This document shows, in pieces, positions 11,800 to 25,250 of a stretch of 64,000 nt of DNA. The position numbers and the translations under genes are program-made. The notes below the pieces were generated by a model. That model had not been told where the DNA came from and searched no databases. It worked only from the letters and a program-made list of their open reading frames with translations. Each line of letters starts with the position of its first letter. Position 1 is the first letter of the stretch. The DNA comes from Vermamoeba vermiformis (Eukaryota): NCBI GenBank assembly GCA_045837725.1, contig JBEWZL010000163.1:1-64000 (forward strand), written 5' to 3'.

Positions 11800-12445
11800 T
11801 CCATCCCAAAGGATTTCCAAGGATTGCCATTTCTTCCATTGTTTCCATTGTTTCCATTGTTTCTCCCATTAAATTCCTTCCCTAGATTTCAGGATTCCAA
11901 AGATTTTGGAATCTAATAGAAAGTAAAAAGGCTCTAGGGTGCCCACAAAGGCGTTCATGAGACCTTCACTCTGCTCTGGCCTACAACAGGCCCCTAAACA
12001 ATCACAATGAACTAAAAGAATTATTGTATTTTTAATCTTCTACTGAATTACAAATTATACCAATAATTGCTACTGTTGGGGAAGAGAAATGCTTGTTAGC
12101 AACTGCCCAGCCAAGAAAGGTGATCACCTTTCTTTTTAGCACTCAATCCAAAGGCAAAACTAAAAACATGAATAAAATTCTTATTTCAAAGGAATCCAGT
12201 TTATTCCTTTAACTTCTCTTCTCCTTTAAAGCAAACATTTCCATTGTCTCCCATGATTTCCATAGGTTGTCCATTAATTTCCCTTTTTCACCCTAGATTT
12301 TAGGATTTCCAGTTTTTCTATATTTTCAATGGTTTTTCAAGCATTTTAAAGGATTTCCATTGTTTTCCAAAGGGTTTCCCAAAGGATTTCCAAGGATTTA
12401 TATGTTTTTCCATTGGATTTCCATTGTTTCCATTGTTTCCATTAA
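11800..12445. repeat. Low-complexity degenerate repeats (TTTCCATTG / AAGGATTTCC units) in two related blocks
   Basis: Blocks ~11800-11910 and ~12235-12445 share motifs including CCTAGATTT.AGGATT. Confidence 0.6.
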
Positions 12446-13896
12446 ATATCAGGAAGGGGAGTAAAAAATTAAAAAAAAAGCTCTACACTGGTCTAGTTTC
12501 CAGCATCCAGACATCCTCCCAACTAAACATCAGAACAGCTTATGAGCTTTTTTTGAAGTGTAGACATGGATTGTATTGAAATAAAACGGAAAGACAGATT
12601 GAGGTGTGGATCTGCTGGATATGCTGGATCTGCTGGGGCACATCCAGATCTGCACAGCTGTTGCCACCATGAGCCCCTTGGATTTTAGTGTAAATAAATA
12701 AGTAAATGTATGCCATTATGAAAAGAATAGACAGGTCATCTCTATTTTACCTCCATTACTGTAAACTGTGGAATAACTGGTAAAGTGGATATTTTTTTTG
12801 GTTCGTGCATTGGTAGTTCAACAACAATAGGCACAATTAATCAATCCTTCTTTCAAGTAACTGATTTCTTTCACGATCCGCTTGAGAAAATTCACCAAAA
12901 AATTTCTGAGGTATTTGGCAGGTTACAGCAATGTATTTCTCTGATGGCATTCATTAGCAGTTGTTGCTAATAAGGCTGCCTGTAATGCTAGCATTGATCG
13001 AATTAAAACTTTAATGAGATAGGATTCCAAGTTTAGCACTATTTGATTGTATCTTTAATGATAGTCTCAGCTTGCCTAAAAAATAGCATAATATTAAAAA
13101 AGATAAATATTAAAAATAAAAAGATTTTTTGCCATGGTCCAATGGGATATCTCATTTTTTTCTGAAGAGAAAGGGGAATGTTTTCATGAACCAAAACGGT
13201 TTCATGAAAATCATTATTTTAATTGGAATTTTCTGATATTTCTTTTTAAGATTGATTTATTTATTTAGGTAACATTTATTATTATTACTTTATGTAAGAA
13301 TGAATGACCATTAATAAAACGGAGTTGGTTAATCTTATTATTCAGACTTAATAATTCCAGACTTTTGGTGCGTGTATGTTCCTCAAGACTCTGGCCCCAA
13401 ATTAAACTCAAACATGCCAATCAGGGTATTAAGTATTTAAAACGAGTTGAGAAGCAATCAAATAATTTATTTAATTTTTTACATCTGGGGTGGTGCAAAA
13501 CCAAGTACTAAGAGACATAAAAATCCTTTTGATTTAAAAAGGGGCATAAATAAGATTCATGCTTTTATTAGTCCCTATAAAATCATTTTGAATTGATAAG
13601 GACTATTTAAGTTGTTTGGAGAAAGCTCTTGGGCAATTTCTCTTGATTGCCTATCCTTAAGCTCATTTACCACATTTGAAATTTGGAGTGCGTTACTACT
13701 ATCTACAAATCACTGTGCCAGTATTTAAATTGTCAACTTCAGCTCTGAAGGACTTGCTCTGGCTCATTATCACATGAACAATCAGACTTAAAGCAGTTAA
13801 ATGGCAACAAGCAAAAATGAACGATATTTGAACTGTAGAATTTTTATTTAAATTTGTAAGATTGGGATACTTCAAAAACATTTCAATTCAGAGAGT

Positions 13897-15435
13897 TTAC
13901 TTGTACTGGGCAGATTGATAGTTCTCCAGCAATATTTTGCTTTCAATGGACGTTGTAAATTTAGCATGGACCTGGTTTCTTGCTTTTGTGTATTTTAAGT
14001 AATCAAAGTATTGCCAAAATTCATCTGATGTCATATATGTCACTGCGTAAAACCATTTCCGTCCTCCAACTTGAAAGGCTTTTTGTTCAAGGGCCTTTTG
14101 ACATTGCAAAGTATTCTTTTCTTCAGCTGCAATCCCATATATCCCAATATTCAAAAAAAGAGTGTCATTGTTATTTGTTGGGTAAGGGAACAAATTGCGA
14201 CTGGCAAACTGTTTGGGGGAGACAACTGGGCACAGCCACAAGGGATAAACTGTTACATTTTCATCAAGGTAATCAATAAGCTCTTTTGCTTTTGATATGG
14301 GAACATAATAGTCTTGAACATATCTTGTAGTTTCCCGATACTCATCTGTGTTTCTGAAAATCTTGTTGATAATTGATCCAATGTAAAACAAGCTAGAGGC
14401 AGTACTAATCTTGCCAAACAGCAACCGACTCCACCATGAATGAGGAAAATGGTATGAGGCTATCCAAAAGCATCCTAAAGTATAAAGAAAGAATAAGTTT
14501 GGAACTTTCATTCTTGATTTACCTCTATCGTAACGGAAAAGATACTCCTCAGTTTTCATGAATACTTTTTGTCCAATTTTCTGAATCCTCCAAGCAAACC
14601 ATTGAGAAAACCACCACTTTTGAGATATTGTTTCTGAGCCACCATTCTTTGATGTAAATTTTCCATCAATTATAAGAATCTGGTTCTTGTCATACTGGAT
14701 GGCATCCAGAAAATCAGAGCTACTGTCTTCTGATTTGGATTGAAGAATGTTGATAGCAGATTGAACATCCCCAAATTTTGTTAAAGTTAATTCAACATAG
14801 GGTTTTGCTTCCATAATTCTGAACGTAATGGAAGTTATTATTCCTAGTGTATTGAAAGATCCTGCAAGAGAGTAAAAGAGCTCTTCATTTTCATTTTGAG
14901 AAACTGTGAGTAATTCTCCATTATAAGTGACCAATTCATATTCCAGGCAACAACAATGAAAAAATCCATGCCTTTGTGCAAAGTTAGAATCACTATAAAT
15001 ATTGTCATCTCATTACCTGAAGCTGCTACTTTCAATTCCAAGCCCATTGACTGCCCCACCTAATGTTATTTCTCCGAACTCAGGAATGACAGCAGGGCAG
15101 AAGCCTGCCTTTAAAAGTTCCATGGTAACCTTTCTGAATGTTATGGATGGCTCAGCGACACAAACCATTCTTTGACTGTCAATTTTTAAGACACTATCCA
15201 AGTTGGATACAGGAATTTTTGTACTTTTCGATTTGTAAGTTAATGTTCTTAATGTGTGCGCCATTGCTTGGGTTCTACTGGTAGTAACAGACTTGTTCTC
15301 TGAGTATGCATTTGCTGCAACCCTTCTGATGATTTCCACTTTTTTTGAGTGTGGAATTTGGTGCTTAGTCTTTCCAAGTACATAAGTAGTAAACCAAATT
15401 CCAAATATCAATATTAAAATGCCTTCAACAACCAT
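13897..15435 (-). CDS. Delta(24)-sterol reductase-like FAD-binding oxidoreductase (2 introns)
   Basis: PAVIPEFGEITLGGAVNGLGIESSSFRHG, LAGSFNTLG, EYLFRYDRG, YPLWLCP, GGRKWFYA motifs of the DHCR24/DWF1 family; introns ~15016-14972 and ~14522-14475. Confidence 0.88.
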
Positions 15436-16122
15436 TTTTTTGCATGTACAAGACAAGATTAATCTTACCCTTGAACAAAAATATTCAAACAAAAAATATT
15501 TTCTAGTTAAAATAATAATCAGATTATATTCAGCTGATTATCAGAACAGAAACATATCGTCCCAAAAAAAGCTATATTTTTTGGTATCTAAAAATTTGAT
15601 AAAGCCGTTTTAGTTTTGGGAGTTGACTAATTAAGATGTGGTAAATGATGTATTGATTAAGTAGTTTGATGCAAACCAGGAATTTTTAACAAGAATAATT
15701 GTGCTGAATAAATAAATTTGAGTGGAGAAGATTCTTTTGAACTACTACAGACTGGGTAGGTAATCAATTCACAGCAAAATCTGGAAGCTATTTTCATCAT
15801 CTTGCAAAGCCAATGTGGGTGGGAAGAGTTTTCTTTTACTGCAAGCTAACACTGAGATCTGTCCTTATTCCGGTCAGTTAGACTTTGTGACATTAAAATA
15901 AGGTTTGAGGGCTTCAGTAGTTTGGCATGCCAAGTTAGGAAGTATTTCTGGGCCTTTTGTTCACTCAAACACTGTTTTAAAGAGAAGTTGTAAAAGAGAA
16001 GTCATCCAAAATGATGCCAGTGGTTTATGAAAATAGACAAATTTACTCAAAGAAAACAGCATTATAATGATACAATACAAACAATTTGTGCTGGCCAACC
16101 TGCTCATACTTGAAGAAAATTT

Positions 16123-17152
16123 CTAAATTGATAGAATGTACCAGAATAAAGGTTGAATAGCCACAGAAACAAGTTGTGCTTCAGAAAATAAGCCTTTAAT
16201 GTAACGCGGACGAGCGCTGCTAACTCGGAGCCAATCACTTCCAAATCGCCATACAGTGTACAGTTCCAAAAACAAAACAAACTTGTTCACTATAAAGATT
16301 ATCAGACTATAACAATTTATACTATTTCTTACCATCTAAGCTTGAATGGTACAGAAAAATTGCAGTGATAAGGGAAAAAAGAGCTTCAAACAGTTGAACC
16401 GGAAAGACTGCAGCTTTTGGCTCATCTCCACAGCTAAATCTGCGTAAAAGCCCGTTGTATACAAAGAAAATGCGCTGTATGAGGTTAGCAAGGTCAACAC
16501 AAATAACATTAAACTACCTTTGGGTAAAAAACTCCGTATCTAAAATTCTTTCCAAAACAACAGCCACCAAAGAGACAACCTAGCCGAATAAAAACCAAAG
16601 TGGTTGAGAAATTGACCCCAACTACATCCCAAACAGCATTAGGCATCTTTTGCAGTTTGAAGAGAAGGTACATGCTGGGAATCAGAAAACAAAATGTATC
16701 TTGCAAAAATGATCTGGACTTCATACCAATAAATCTCTTAAATACCTAGGAGTTCTTGTAAGACAATGATTATAAAACTGAAGGTCTGGTACCTGAAAAA
16801 CTTCCATAAGAAAGTAATTAACAACCCAAAAAGTTGCATTATATTGAAGAGCTGATACAGTCAAAGCCCATTTTTGAATGTACCAGTATGATACCAAAGA
16901 ACCTACTAAAAAGCCCATATCAAGAAACACAAAATATGGGTGAGTAATTCCACTCAGCAGTTGGTGAAGTAAGAATATGCTGTAACCAAACTTCACACTC
17001 ATTCTTGAAGGTTTTTCAATGTTTTCCAAATCAGCAGTCCCTTCATGCACATGAGAGAAGACAAGTTTCTCAAAACGGCGTTCAGTTAGTGGTCCAAAGA
17101 CTGGTGATGGGACAGATGATAGAGTTGGAACCTTTAAAACTGGATTTGACAT
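16123..17152 (-). CDS. Prolipoprotein diacylglyceryl transferase (Lgt)-like membrane protein, 3 introns
   Basis: Spliced motifs IRLGCLFGGCCFG, FPVQLFEA, YTVWRFGSDWLR, SEAQ match Lgt-family signatures; multiple hydrophobic helices. Confidence 0.7.
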
Positions 17153-17839
17153 TTGCAAAATAGTTGTTGAAAAGTTGCTCTGACTCTCAAGAGAATAAAC
17201 TGAACTTCAAAATCACCCACTTTTCTTTTTTTGTGCTGGAAACATATGAATTCTTATTGGTAAATCATTAAATTGGAAGAATCTACATTTTGCAGTCATA
17301 TAAAAGATTTAGCACTCCAGGTTACATATTTATGTTGCACCAAGATAGTGTTTAATGGGGAGGTCATGCAGATGAGTGTAAATAGAAAGATTAAACTTTA
17401 AAATGTAATATTGGCTCTCATGTAATGCATCCGGATTTACCTACAGCACGGATCTATTCCTGTCAGTGAATCGTGCCCCTGTTTGTTCCCTTGCACATTT
17501 CCAGGCTTAATTCACCACTAGTCCTCAATGCCTATCAGTTGCATTTCAGATAAACTGCAGCTTCCATCTTTATTTAGAGAATGTCTGTGTTACTTTTGAA
17601 ACAAAAACAGGTACTACAGTGGACACCGTAGTGAGTCATCCGGCTAATAAATGAGGCATGGTGTTGAGTTGAAAAGATAAGACTTAACAAGACTTTTTTA
17701 TTGTTATGTACAAATACAGATTCTTTTAACTGACAAAAATCACATCAGTGAATCCGTGGTATGAGGAGTATGGATTTCCATCCACTCCACTAGGGGATTT
17801 ATAATGTGTATATTGTATTAAAAACTGGAGACGGAAAAA

Positions 17840-19755
17840 TCAACTAGTTGAAAGTGGTTTGGGAATGAATTGAACCTTTAAACTGGAGGGGCGGATGGTA
17901 ACAGCATATACAAAATCCAAATCTAAGTAAAATTAGTTAACTAAAACAAAACTTTTCTAACTCACCTTCCACTAATTTTACATGGAATGCCTTCAAAATG
18001 TAGAGCAAAAAACCTGTAGCTCATTAGCTTGAGTTGGTTATCTAGTACCATTACCTCGAAACATTATGTAAGACATTTTAAACCCTGGACATTGCCTGCT
18101 TCCACCTAAATTTCCAATCAGGGAATTATTATGTTATGATGTCTCACTTACTTCCAAAAGAAAAATTGATGTTTTTTTCTCTAGCTATTTGAAAGGTATT
18201 GCCTTCTGGGTAGTGTTCTTCACTTCTTTGGAGCAAATATGGGGAGAATAGAACTAGAGTCTTTTGGGTTGACAGTTAATTAATGAAAGTAGTGTTGAAT
18301 GTATGAAAAAATTGCTTTCGTGGTGTTAATTAGATGAAAAATTAGGAGCATCTAGAACCAAACATTGATATCATTAATCAACACCAATGAAAAGTTTGCT
18401 GGTACCTACACCTTGTTTTATGGTTTCTCCATTTACTTCACTAGTTTGTGCAGATTCTCTTCCCAGAAGAGCTGCAGGGGGCCAAAGCCGCAGGGTTTCG
18501 TCAATAAAGTAGTCAAACTCCGTGAATTTCTCAAAATTGCATTCAGCAACAGATATTTTGGACACCACATCTGCCATAGCCTTTTGAAGGTCCTCATACT
18601 TTGCCAGAGCATACACCTGAAACTGTTAACACTAAATTTTAAATAATGATACTGCACCATCCATTGTAGTGACTTGGCGGTAGTCTCTCCAGTATAAATT
18701 ATAGTTCTGATATCAGCAAGACATTCGTTTTCTGATATTTCACCATTCTCTCGTGCCTCTTGAAGGCTGTGTAACCAGCAATTCTCCTGAATATCAGTTA
18801 GTTTAGAACAAATTGTGAAACAAACTCACATTTTGGCTTAGCCTGGGTTGTTGTAGCACTCTTTTCTCAAATTCTAATGTGTGAGCTAACGCAAGCTTAA
18901 CCTCTTTGTTGTGCTTTGTAGGCAAGTACTTGAGGAAGGGGATGATATCACTCCATGCTACCTGAAATGTATTCTAAGAACAAATTTTGATAATTATTAT
19001 TATTACCAAAGCTGGAATTGAATTGATTATTGTTAAGTAATCTTTAACTAAGTTTGGTTCCATTGAAAAGTTTTGCCACTTCAAGAAAAAATCCCCAACA
19101 ACATCCTAAATGCTGAGTTAGATTTTAAGGCAATAATGGCTGAAACTTCCCATAATTGCCATAGTCAGGTTAAATGTCACATCATGTTCTGCTGCTAACA
19201 ATTCTGATTCCACTAACTTTGAACACCGCTGATGCAAAATAGACTGCAAATTTTCCAACTTTCGAAAGTGTGGGATAAGAATCTGTAATTAAAGGGTGTC
19301 AAACTGGTAAAAAGAAAATGATATTTTGTCAACATTGGACTCTTACTGCTTTATGAATACTGTATTGCCCTCCATTAGCAAAAAAGCAGCTATCCTACCA
19401 AAGAATAAGGAAATTAAGCATTTAAAGGAATATTTACCTCACTGAGAATACTCTTTAGTCGACAATTGGGTCTGACAAAGTCTCTGTCATTTGCCAATAT
19501 TTTGTTAATGAATTGAATATTTCCTGTGTAGATAATATTTTGGCCACAAATGTTGATTGCCATAATTTTCTTCTCGTTCCATTGCTTAGCCCATCTGCCA
19601 GATTCTTGTTAGTATTTACGATTTGGTTGTGTAACTTACTCTTCCAGTGGAGTTAACCAAGCACCTTGCAACAATTTAATAGTATTTGCAACTCTTCCAT
19701 AATATTTGGAAACAAATATCAGAGTAGCAATGAGCAAAAGTATAGTCAATATCAT
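17840..19755 (-). CDS. Cytochrome P450 (multi-exon)
   Basis: N-terminal TM anchor; ETLRLWPP (ExxR); spliced FGSGSRQCPG heme motif; I-helix TGETTA. Confidence 0.88.
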
Positions 19756-19885
19756 GAAATGTTGTCACCACTTGGTTAGTTTGCAACTGATAAATTTCTA
19801 TTCTTTAATTTTCATCCAAAAAAATGAATAAAAATTTTATTTAAATATTGAACACCCTCTTAAAAATCTAACATGCCGAATATTA

Positions 19886-20452
19886 TTATTCTTTCTTGTT
19901 GCCATTCAAGCGCTCAATGAGTTGCAGCGTGTAGTCCTTGTTTTGTCTCACTAACTCTTTCAACTCTTTGAGAATTGTTTCGATCTGCTCAGCCATCCAT
20001 TTTCACTTCCATTTGGTTATCTTTTGAGGATTTCAATATATATTAAGCATCATAGTTTCAATATCCACCAGGAGGATTTTTTGAAGTTATTAGATCTGGT
20101 TTCACTTCGGACACTTCGCTCTTAATTTTTTTCTTTCCATCAAGGTAGTTGTTCAACCATTCATTGCACTTCTTTAAGTCCCAAACCATAGTAGTATTGA
20201 TCTCCATAATGTTTATGGTAACAGAATGAGCTGGAGCAAGTCCTTCAGGGTCAGAGTTGAGGTCAACAATTTTAACGTTTGCATGGGAGCCATTTGAAGT
20301 CCTGTAGATAGCTGTGACATCCCACCAAACATCAGAAGCCTTTGCAGCAAAAATCCTCACTTGCATGCCAGGGGTTGGTTTGTGTGTTGTTCAAGAATGA
20401 CCCAATGGACCGGCAGATGTAAAAATAAAATATTTGAAGCTTACCAACTCAT
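19886..20452 (-). CDS. Hypothetical small protein (model uncertain)
   Basis: 102-aa ORF 20058-20366 plus plausible flanking exons; no recognisable motif. Confidence 0.35.
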
Positions 20453-20483
20453 TGTAAAATACTGCCCTAGCTTATACCAACGT

Positions 20484-20580
20484 ACTACCTTATTAGAAGT
20501 CAATATCCTGAGTTGAGCGAATTATTTGGATGGGTGTTAATTTTTGTTTATTTTTCATTATTTTTTTGGATGTGAAGTCT
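20484..20580 (+). promoter_or_regulatory. Most complete copy of the cluster-wide upstream element (AATATCCTGAGTT...TTAATTTTTGTTTATTTTTCATTATTTTTTTGGATGTGA)
   Basis: Related copies at ~19812-19857(-), 21714-21780, 23290-23340(-), 25128-25162, 29395-29443 (weak), 30764-30808(-), 35828-35868. Confidence 0.65.
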
Positions 20581-20631
20581 TGTATTTTGAGGAATAAGCA
20601 GAAACTATTGTGTTAGCTTTTTGGTTCTAGG

Positions 20632-21393
20632 ATGGCAAAGGTAGCAATTCTTGTTCCTTTTCGTAACCGGCACCAGCACCTTCAAGAATTTCTTCCATTG
20701 ATGGAGCAGTTTCTACATGCTAAACAGATAGATTTCAAAATTTTTGTTTTAGAACAAACGGTAGGCAAGCCATTTAATCGTGGTAAACTTCTAAACTGTG
20801 GTCATGTTGAAGCTAAAAAAGAAGGCTGGAATTATTTGATCTTTCATGATGTGGATACTATTCCTATTGACCCCAGTTTGAATTATGGACCACCTGTCAC
20901 AGCACGGCAAATATATGCCCCTCATGATAATTCTCTGGGAGGATTGGTTGCTGCTATTAACCCAGAATTTTTTGAAAAAGTGAATGGTTTTTCAAACGAA
21001 TACTGGGGTTGGGGTTATGAAGATAATGACTTGAAAATGCGCTTCCTTAATTGCGGGATTGTTCCAGACTATTCTGAGACAAGGTTCAGGAAAGGAGAGA
21101 AGGATCCAGAAGAAATAAAGCAAACTAAAGAGAAGGATGGGTTCATGCAACTTGGGCACATTCACTCCTTTTTTCAAGAAGTTAAAGAAACAGAGGGCAT
21201 TGATATATCCCAAGAATCACTGGAGGTTTTGGAAAAAAAGTTTGATAGCACCAACAAAACACAGCATACTCTAGAAGATTTTAAAAGAAATTCGGAAAGG
21301 CAATGGCAAAGTGGTCTAAATACCCTCAATTATCGTATTGTTTTGAGGCAATTTGTATCGGATAAAACTGAATGGCTACAATTGGAAATTTAA
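20632..21393 (+). CDS. Glycosyltransferase family 7 (beta-1,4-galactosyltransferase-like), intronless, no TM anchor
   Basis: AILVPFRNR, FNRGKLLN, FHDVD, GFSNEYWGWGYEDND. Confidence 0.9.
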   Translation: MAKVAILVPFRNRHQHLQEFLPLMEQFLHAKQIDFKIFVLEQTVGKPFNRGKLLNCGHVEAKKEGWNYLIFHDVDTIPIDPSLNYGPPVTARQIYAPHDNSLGGLVAAINPEFFEKVNGFSNEYWGWGYEDNDLKMRFLNCGIVPDYSETRFRKGEKDPEEIKQTKEKDGFMQLGHIHSFFQEVKETEGIDISQESLEVLEKKFDSTNKTQHTLEDFKRNSERQWQSGLNTLNYRIVLRQFVSDKTEWLQLEI

Positions 21394-21821
21394 CGTTAAG
21401 ATTGTCACATAAAATAAACAAAAACTGTAATGGTAGAAAGTCACAAAGGAATTTGACACACGTACAATTCTTAAACAAACTTTGGCATTGTATACAAAAC
21501 AATTGAAGTTGATAGCATCAGCCCAAATGACACTCATTATCGTGGTGTTTGAACAGCTTGCAGTTGTTGGCAAGTATCTACCTTCATTCAATGCAGAAAT
21601 ATATATTAAATTATCACCCGTTGCACAACAGCAGCAGTGTTTTTTGAGTTATTGTTATTTGTGTACGTAGGCAAAAAAAAATTGTCTTTTAATCTTAATT
21701 AAACTATATACTGACTCCTTATTCGAGGTTAATATCCTGAGTTTATCTTATTATTTGATTGTGTGGTAGTTTATTTCATTTCAACAAAAATAGATCCAAC
21801 ACAGTTCAGAAACATAAACTA

Positions 21822-22909
21822 ATGGCTACCATACGCTCTATCAAAGAAACTGATGATCTTTCTACTGTTTCAACAGTAAGTGCTAAGAAAAAAAACAAAC
21901 TTTCTCACTTCTCATCAGCTCTTGTTAGAAGCTTTTAATGGTGACATTAGTGTTTCTATCGCAAAAAACCTTGTCAATGCATTCAGAAATTCTGGGCTTA
22001 TTGCAATTGAAGATTCTTCAGGGGAGATTATTGGTTGCACGTTGTTATCCGGCCCAGACAGTAGGTGTGAACGGTAGCTACTTTAGTACTAAAACTGCCA
22101 CAGATGATGTGCGTTCAGTGATTGTAATTGCAGTGAAAAAAAGTGTTTGTGGGGTAGGGAAATTGCTTTTACAAGAAGCAATCGCCAAAGTAAACAGAGA
22201 GAATTGTTATAGACTAAGTGCAGTTGTGGTAAGGAAATCTGCTTGGTTTTAAGTTTTTAATGTTGCAAAGGAAGCATCAAATATTCGTTCTCTTGCACTC
22301 CATCTGAAGATGGGCTTCAAAGTTAGATATCCAATTGCAGAAGTGAAAGTACCTAGGATTACCATAGAGGAAGACCCTACTTTTACAGTTCGAAAAATGG
22401 TGTACGGTGACATTCCTCTCCTAGCAGAAACTTGGAATGCAACATGTGGATACTCAATGAGAGGAAACTTGGAGAAGGCTGTAATGAGCTCAATTGAACA
22501 TGACATCTGTCATCAACCACTTGTTGTGGAAAAAGGTACAATACTGTATTGACAGTGATTTAATTTGCTAACTTAAAAAGGAGGAGAAATGTGTGGATTT
22601 TCCCTAGGAGTGAACTTCGCTTCGGCAACGATCGTCAAAGATTTACAATCCCTACAAGCTCTGTTACAATTTGTTACCCAACATTGTTCCGCATCTCTTG
22701 TTCCAACTTTATTGGTTCCTTTGTCTGCTGGTCAAGGTGCGTATTTTCCCCAAATGTTGGTGCTCTACAATCTAATCGCTGCAGTTTTACAATGGATGCT
22801 TGGAAAAAAGTTTGAGATTGAAAAAACTTTTTATTTACTGGCTAACAAAGAAGATTTCTATAACCCATCAAATGATTGGCTGTTTTTTCCTTCTGCATGT
22901 GGTTGGTGA
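21822..22909 (+). CDS. GNAT-family N-acetyltransferase (tandem-GNAT-like, multi-exon)
   Basis: IRSIKETDD start, IAVKKSVCGVGKLLL acetyl-CoA motif, SLALHLKMGF; second GNAT-like half TVRKMVYGDIP. Confidence 0.72.
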
Positions 22910-23432
22910 AGTTGGTTAGAAAATTCTGTGGTTCCAATCACTACTTTGAGCTTCAGTTGAGAAGAAAAAAAAAACATTAATGCATGTGAAGAAAACTTAA
23001 AACAAACAACAATTCACTGCTTGTGCATCAATCTGTGAGTAAGGATTTGAAATTGCTTAAATTGATTTTAACATAAAAAGTAATTTTGTTCCCATTCCCA
23101 ACTTATGTTCTTGAGTTTGAGAACTACAGGACTTATTCAATGGTGAAGCAGTTATCCTAACGCAATCTCATCGGACTGCCAGATCTGCCAGTACAACTGG
23201 CAATTGTAACCAATCCTTAATTGATTAGTTCGGAAATTCCGTGTAAGATCAGTTGATTTCTGTTAAATAGCTCATAATAATTTAATATTCACATCACATC
23301 CACCAAAAAAATAATTGAAAAAATAAACAAAAATTAACCCAACCAACCAACCAGTCAGGCTGTCTGAAAGTATTAAATTTCATTTTATTTATTGAGTAGG
23401 CCAGTCACTTACAATATAAACTAATAGTTGCA

Positions 23433-24188
23433 ATGTCCCACAAGTTAGCAATTGTTGTTCCTTACAGAGACAGACGTCAGCACTTGGAAAGATTCATCCC
23501 ACATTTCCAGAAATTTTTCTTGGGCTCATCCATTGTCTATCATATCTTCATAATTGAACAAACAGACTCAAAACGCTTCAACAGAGCTTCGTTATTAAAC
23601 ATTGGGTGTAAAATAGCAATGTCTCAAGGATTTGACTATTTTGCACTCCATGATGTTGATACTCTGCCTTCTTCAAAAACTATTGATTATTCTTACCCTC
23701 TTTGCCCCAGGCACTTATATGGTCCAAAAACCACAGCAGGGGGTGTAATGTTGATAAATTCTGCCGATTATCTAAAATGTAATGGAATGTCTAACAAGTA
23801 TTTTGGCTATGGGAGAGAAGACTTTGATTTTAGAAAAAGAATGGAAATAGTTGGTCTTTCATTTGATCAGTCTCAACACGTTGAACGTGTTGACTCTAAT
23901 GAGCAGCATGAAATAGAAGTTTCTGGCTGGATTTTACTTCCTCATAAGCACTCTTTTTTGTACAATGAGGGGAGGTTTACTCCTGAAGAGATTGCTGCCC
24001 TTGAGAACGGAACAGAAGGTTCAGACTTTGTGATCGAGCGTTTCCAACAGTCTGACAATTGGATTGTTTTTAAATACTTTGAGGAAAATCCTGACCTTTT
24101 CAAAGAAGATGGGCTGTCATCTCTTTGTTATAAAGAGATGTTTATGTCTACTCAATCTAATGTAACAACAGTAGGGGTCGAACTCTAG
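23433..24188 (+). CDS. Glycosyltransferase family 7, second paralog, intronless
   Basis: AIVVPYRDR, FNRASLLN, LHDVD, GMSNKYFGYGREDFD. Confidence 0.9.
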   Translation: MSHKLAIVVPYRDRRQHLERFIPHFQKFFLGSSIVYHIFIIEQTDSKRFNRASLLNIGCKIAMSQGFDYFALHDVDTLPSSKTIDYSYPLCPRHLYGPKTTAGGVMLINSADYLKCNGMSNKYFGYGREDFDFRKRMEIVGLSFDQSQHVERVDSNEQHEIEVSGWILLPHKHSFLYNEGRFTPEEIAALENGTEGSDFVIERFQQSDNWIVFKYFEENPDLFKEDGLSSLCYKEMFMSTQSNVTTVGVEL

Positions 24189-24650
24189 CTGTTTCAAGTA
24201 AAGTGTCAAAAAATTGAAATTATTTTCTTTAATGTGTAATCAATTATTACATCGAATCTATTCTTCAAACTGCCAGAACGAAATTGATCGTTACTATCCT
24301 TAAATTATTCAAACAAATGAGTTCAGCATTGACACTAGTTCTCGATATTCTTCTTCACTAATGCAATTCCCTGATACTAGGAACTTGATGTACCCATCAA
24401 AAAAATACAGGAGATCTTTTGCATTCAGTGATCAGTATTTCCAAGCATAAATTTTACGTTTATTGTAGCTATTTTTATAACAAGTATGAAATGCTTCTCG
24501 CATGAAGTTTTTGTATTCATACTTTCTGATTGATCTGATGTTGAGCCCTATGCAAAATATTTTATAAAGCAGAATACTTTTCAAACATGATCACAAGAAT
24601 TGTAAAACTTGTATTTATCTGTTTCGAAAACTACAAGGTCTTAAGACGAA

Positions 24651-25040
24651 TTATGATGATGATGCTCGAGAAGAGGAGAGGTAATCTGTTGATGAAACAC
24701 CCATTGGTAACAAGCTGCTTTTTGGGGTATACAAAGCTAGCACAAGAAGAACAACAATGCCAAGCATAACTGTTCCCCAGATTGCAACTAAAATTACAGC
24801 CTTTCGTTGTGGCACTGCATCACCCAAATGTGGCTTTCCGAGGCAGATCCCAAGAGTAGCGTTACAGTAAACATCAGGTATCTTTGTAGCCAACAAACAC
24901 GATTCATCTTTCACACAAGGACTGCACGTATTTTGAACACACTCAGCTGCAAAAGCTTTGCAATCAGATGAAGATGAGCATGTTGGAAATGTAAAAACAA
25001 GAGGGAATAAGAAAAGAGTCAGCAACAGAGAGTAGTGCAT
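24651..25040 (-). CDS. Small Cys-rich type I membrane protein
   Basis: Signal peptide, 8-Cys ectodomain, one TM helix, short tail. Confidence 0.65.
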   Translation of the reverse strand: MHYSLLLTLFLFPLVFTFPTCSSSSDCKAFAAECVQNTCSPCVKDESCLLATKIPDVYCNATLGICLGKPHLGDAVPQRKAVILVAIWGTVMLGIVVLLVLALYTPKSSLLPMGVSSTDYLSSSRASSS

Positions 25041-25250
25041 TTTTAATCAAAAGACCAACAAAAAGTCAAGTGCAGAAATCCTGTTGTCCAAAACAGCAAG
25101 AAATATTTAAAGTTTGTAAACAAAAAGAATTTTTGTTGGTTTTTCAATTATTTTTGATCTGAATACCGTTGGAAAACAGATATTAGCAATTTTTCAGAAA
25201 AAAAATATTTGTTTTGTTAGAAACTGATGCAATTACAAACACTGCAGAAA

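Noticed and set aside
12600-13080. Possible minus-strand pseudogene
   Set aside because: Many stops and no identifiable family
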